NCBI RefSeq assembly: GCF_004010195.1 | Contig: NC_057720.1 | Span: 21,208,922-21,272,921, forward strand | DNA length: 64,000 nucleotides | Source of the DNA: Chiloscyllium plagiosum | Taxonomy: Eukaryota | Reading direction: 5' to 3' | Shown here: positions 61,241 through 64,000 of the stretch, one piece after another | Layout: every line of letters begins with the position of its first letter | Position numbering within the stretch: position 1 is the first letter of the stretch | The notes under the pieces: generated by a model | Seen by the model: only the letters and a program-made list of their open reading frames with translations | The model's database searches: none | What the model was told of the DNA's origin: nothing | Translations under genes and position numbers: made by a program

Positions 61241-62244
61241 TTAGACATGCAGGAGGCTGGGAGAACACAAGCCAGGCAGCACCAGGAAGTGGAGAAGTCA
61301 ATGTTTCAGATGTAACTCTTCTCCAGGACTGGGGTGGGTGTAAGAACAGAGAACATAGAACAATACAGCACAGAACTGGCCCTTCGGCCCTCGATGTTGC
61401 GCCGATTTGTCAACTAATCTAAGCCCATCTCCCTACACTATCCCATCATCATCCACATGCTTATTCAAGGACTCTTTAAATGCCCCAAATGTGGCTGTGT
61501 TAACTACATTGGTAGGCAGAGCATTCCACGCCCTTACCACTCTGAGTAAAGAACATGTCTCTGACATCTATCACCCCTCAATTTGCAGCTATGCCCCCTC
61601 ATATTGTTGTGCAGTTCTGGTTGTCCCATTACAGGAAGGATGTGGAAGCATTGGAATAGATGCAGAGAGTTTTACCAAGATGTTGCCCGGTCTGGAGGGA
61701 AGGTCTTATGGTCAATCTCCTCGTAAGTGGAGCTGCAGATAGAGGGGGAGGTGGGGCAGGGTGGTGAGGTGGGGATAGGTGAACACAGGTAGAGGGTACG
61801 ACCTGATTGGTCAATGGGAGGAACTAATCTGGTTAGTTGCTGTGAGGAATGTTTGATGAGAGGAATGGACAGGAAGGGGAGGGGCTGGGGAGGGAGTCGG
61901 CGGATAGGAAGGGAGATTATTTGAAACTCAATGTTGAGTCCTCCAGGCTGTAGGCTGCCTAGGCGGATGATGAGGTGTTGTTCCTCCAATCTGCGGTGTG
62001 TGGTTCATTGTGGCAATGGAGGAAGCCAAGGATGGTCATGTTGGGAAAGGAGTGGAACAGGGAATTAGAATGGATAGTGACTGGGAAGTCACCGAGATGC
62101 TCGGTGAGATCCTTGAGATTACATTTGGTCACCCTGATGTAGAGAAGACCACATTGGGATCATCGGAAACAGCCTGGCTTGCTGCATTCTTCCAGCCTCC
62201 TCTTTATCTATCGTGGATTCCAGCATCTGCCATTTTTTTATCCC
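61241..62244. mobile_element. PLE with inverted pLTR arms and tail, interrupted by a CR1 (61345-61722)
   Basis: ORF 61672..61989(-) LEEQHLIIRLGSLQPGGLNIEF; left arm 61250-61280 inverted at 62170-62202; minus-strand motif AGTC CTGGAGA A GAGTTACATCT GAAA CATT GACT; flanks TAAAATATGGTAAAAG (61225-61240) and TAAAACATTGTAAAAG (62245-62260). Confidence 0.82.
61345..61722 (-). mobile_element. CR1 3' end with inverted 5' segment
   Basis: 61345-61600 is the minus-strand 3' tail; 61601-61710 is plus-strand CR1 RT (VQFWLSHYRKDVEALE...FTKMLPGLEG). Confidence 0.8.
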
Positions 62245-63571
62245 TAAAACATTGTAAAAGGTAAGATCAGGATCAATGCAGATTTTCTCCCAAGAAGTTA
62301 TTACTATCTAGACTGATTCTGGAATGTAATATTTAAAAGGATAATCAAAAGAAAACTTGTGCAATTAGTCACAAAGCAATTGATATCGAAGTGGGAAGGT
62401 GGGGAGATGGAGAGGATGAGGCTTGTAGGTCTTTATGGAAACAGAAACAGAAACAAGAGGACTGTCAGAAGCAATTTTCAAACCAATGATTCATCATGTT
62501 TTCTGATTGAGATTGCCAATTAATATCAAATAAATGGGGTAGAAACTGGATTAAGATGGCCCCAAATTTATTTTACATGAGATCTTTACAACAGAGGAAA
62601 GATGCATCCCAGAAAGTAAAATGTAGCATCTAATGTACTCTCAATTTAATCTCATTTTTAATGTAATGTTTCCTTCCTCTTTCTGGAATGATGGTTTGAT
62701 TACTATGCTAAGGACTAGACTTTGGACTTAAGCATTGTACTCAGTATAGATACAGAGAAGCATTGTAACAGTGACCCTCTCAATTCAATAAAATAGCAGT
62801 GAGGAACAATGACATTTTGCCTTATTACCTTTTGCAAATTACTTTGGCTATTGATAATATAAAAAATGATTATGAACAGGAAGTGTGGAAAAGTGCATAA
62901 GTAGAAAAATACTGTACTTTCTGTTTTAATGACACAGTTATGTATAAACGCCTCTTTAGATGAGATTTCATGTCACTTTTAAAATTAAAATTATGCTGAA
63001 TAAAATGTTAAGAAAAACATGTTGTAGTCTTTGTAAAGCGTGTTACAGGTCATTAAAGTATAATTAAAATTATTATAGAAGAAGCAGCATAATTTCACAT
63101 CAAAGTGCATGATGAAGACAAACTGAAAATATAATCCTTATTTTACTTTGTTTCTTCCAGCAGCATCACTTTTAATCACCAGCAACCATAATTATTTATT
63201 TCTTTCAGCTTTTTTTAGACCTAGCAGAATCGGTTTAATTCTCTGCTCATTCTTAATTAGGGTGACCTTCCCTTTTGATCGAAATGAGGAGTGATGGTGA
63301 TTGGCTTTGGCGTGCTATCAGAGAGTGGGTGGAAGGTGGGTGGACTCACACAGTTTGTTGTCTACTACATACTTTTAATGAGGTTTGTTCACAGTTAAAA
63401 GTTTGTTGTAAACTTGTGGAATAAAATTGCTTTTGATTTTCAGCCACAGCAGACATAATTTCTGTGACAAATCCTCAAAAGAATAAATAAAAATGCACAG
63501 GCACAAAAGGTCTATCAGGAAAGACTGAACAGAAATCTTCTCCGTAGAAAAGCCGACTCTGTAGAAAGACA

Positions 63572-63899
63572 AGGTGGCACGGTGGCTCAGTGGTTAGCAC
63601 TGCTGCCTCACAGTGTCAGGGACCTGGGTTTGATTCCACCCTCTGGCAACTGTCTGTGTGGAATTTGCACAATTTCCATGTGTTTGCGTTGGTTTCCTCA
63701 GCATGCTCCAGTTTCCTCCCCCAGTCCAAAGATGTGCAGGTTAGGTGGCTATACTAAATTGCCCATAATGGCCAGGGATGTGCAGCCTAGATGGGTTAGC
63801 CATGGGAAATGCAAAGTTACAGGTAGGCGTCTGGGTCTGGGTGGGATGCTCTTTGGAGGATCAGTGTGGACTTAATGGGCTGAATGTCCTGCTTCTACG
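63572..63899 (+). mobile_element. HE1-type SINE
   Basis: GGTGGCACGGTGGCTCAGTGGTTAGCACTGCTGCCTCACAG...GGTTTGATTCC. Confidence 0.95.
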
Positions 63900-64000
63900 A
63901 TTGGTGATGTAAGGGAGCTTTATAAAATTATGTTGAAATTTCATAGGGTAGAGATAGAGAACACAAGAAATGGGAAGAAGCAAACCATTTGTAGGTGCTT

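Noticed and set aside
3881..63899. tRNA genes suggested by many A/B boxes, and recurring MAQWLALLPHSARD ORFs
   Set aside because: These are HE1 SINE heads that run on into SINE core and tail; the peptides are incidental translations.
1..64000. CRISPR array or prokaryotic-type system
   Set aside because: No regularly spaced repeat-spacer array or operon-like intact ORFs; the content is vertebrate transposon DNA.

Overview
Repeat-dominated, apparently non-coding vertebrate DNA. About 15 copies of an HE1-type tRNA-derived SINE plus CR1/HER1-type LINEs point to an elasmobranch (shark) genome; this is inference, no search was run. I can support no intact host protein-coding gene or RNA gene, and essentially every informative ORF is a decayed transposon frame. 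Contents: many CR1 fragments, including one near-full-length copy (24071-28668, minus) carrying a complex locally templated inversion; one both-ends-intact L1 with a 15-bp TSD (43187-48816); a decayed Gypsy pol with PPT and 3' LTR; a solo LTR with GTAC TSD; two Tigger-like MITEs; probable Harbinger Myb-like remnants; and several Penelope-like element (PLE) families. The most striking pattern is a recurring PLE-derived insertion architecture across at least four unrelated sequence families: TSD (12-16 bp), inverted arm, minimal hammerhead-ribozyme motif, inverted arm, ~35-bp one-sided tail, TSD. It includes two ORF-less 205-bp near-perfect hairpins. A second notable pattern is a short retroposon that seems to have inserted repeatedly at one position of a Gypsy LTR and carries pieces of earlier target sites. 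A 967-N gap lies at 53591-54557. Several repeat-free AT-rich blocks resemble conserved non-coding elements but cannot be confirmed here. Boundaries without TSD or TIR support are approximate.
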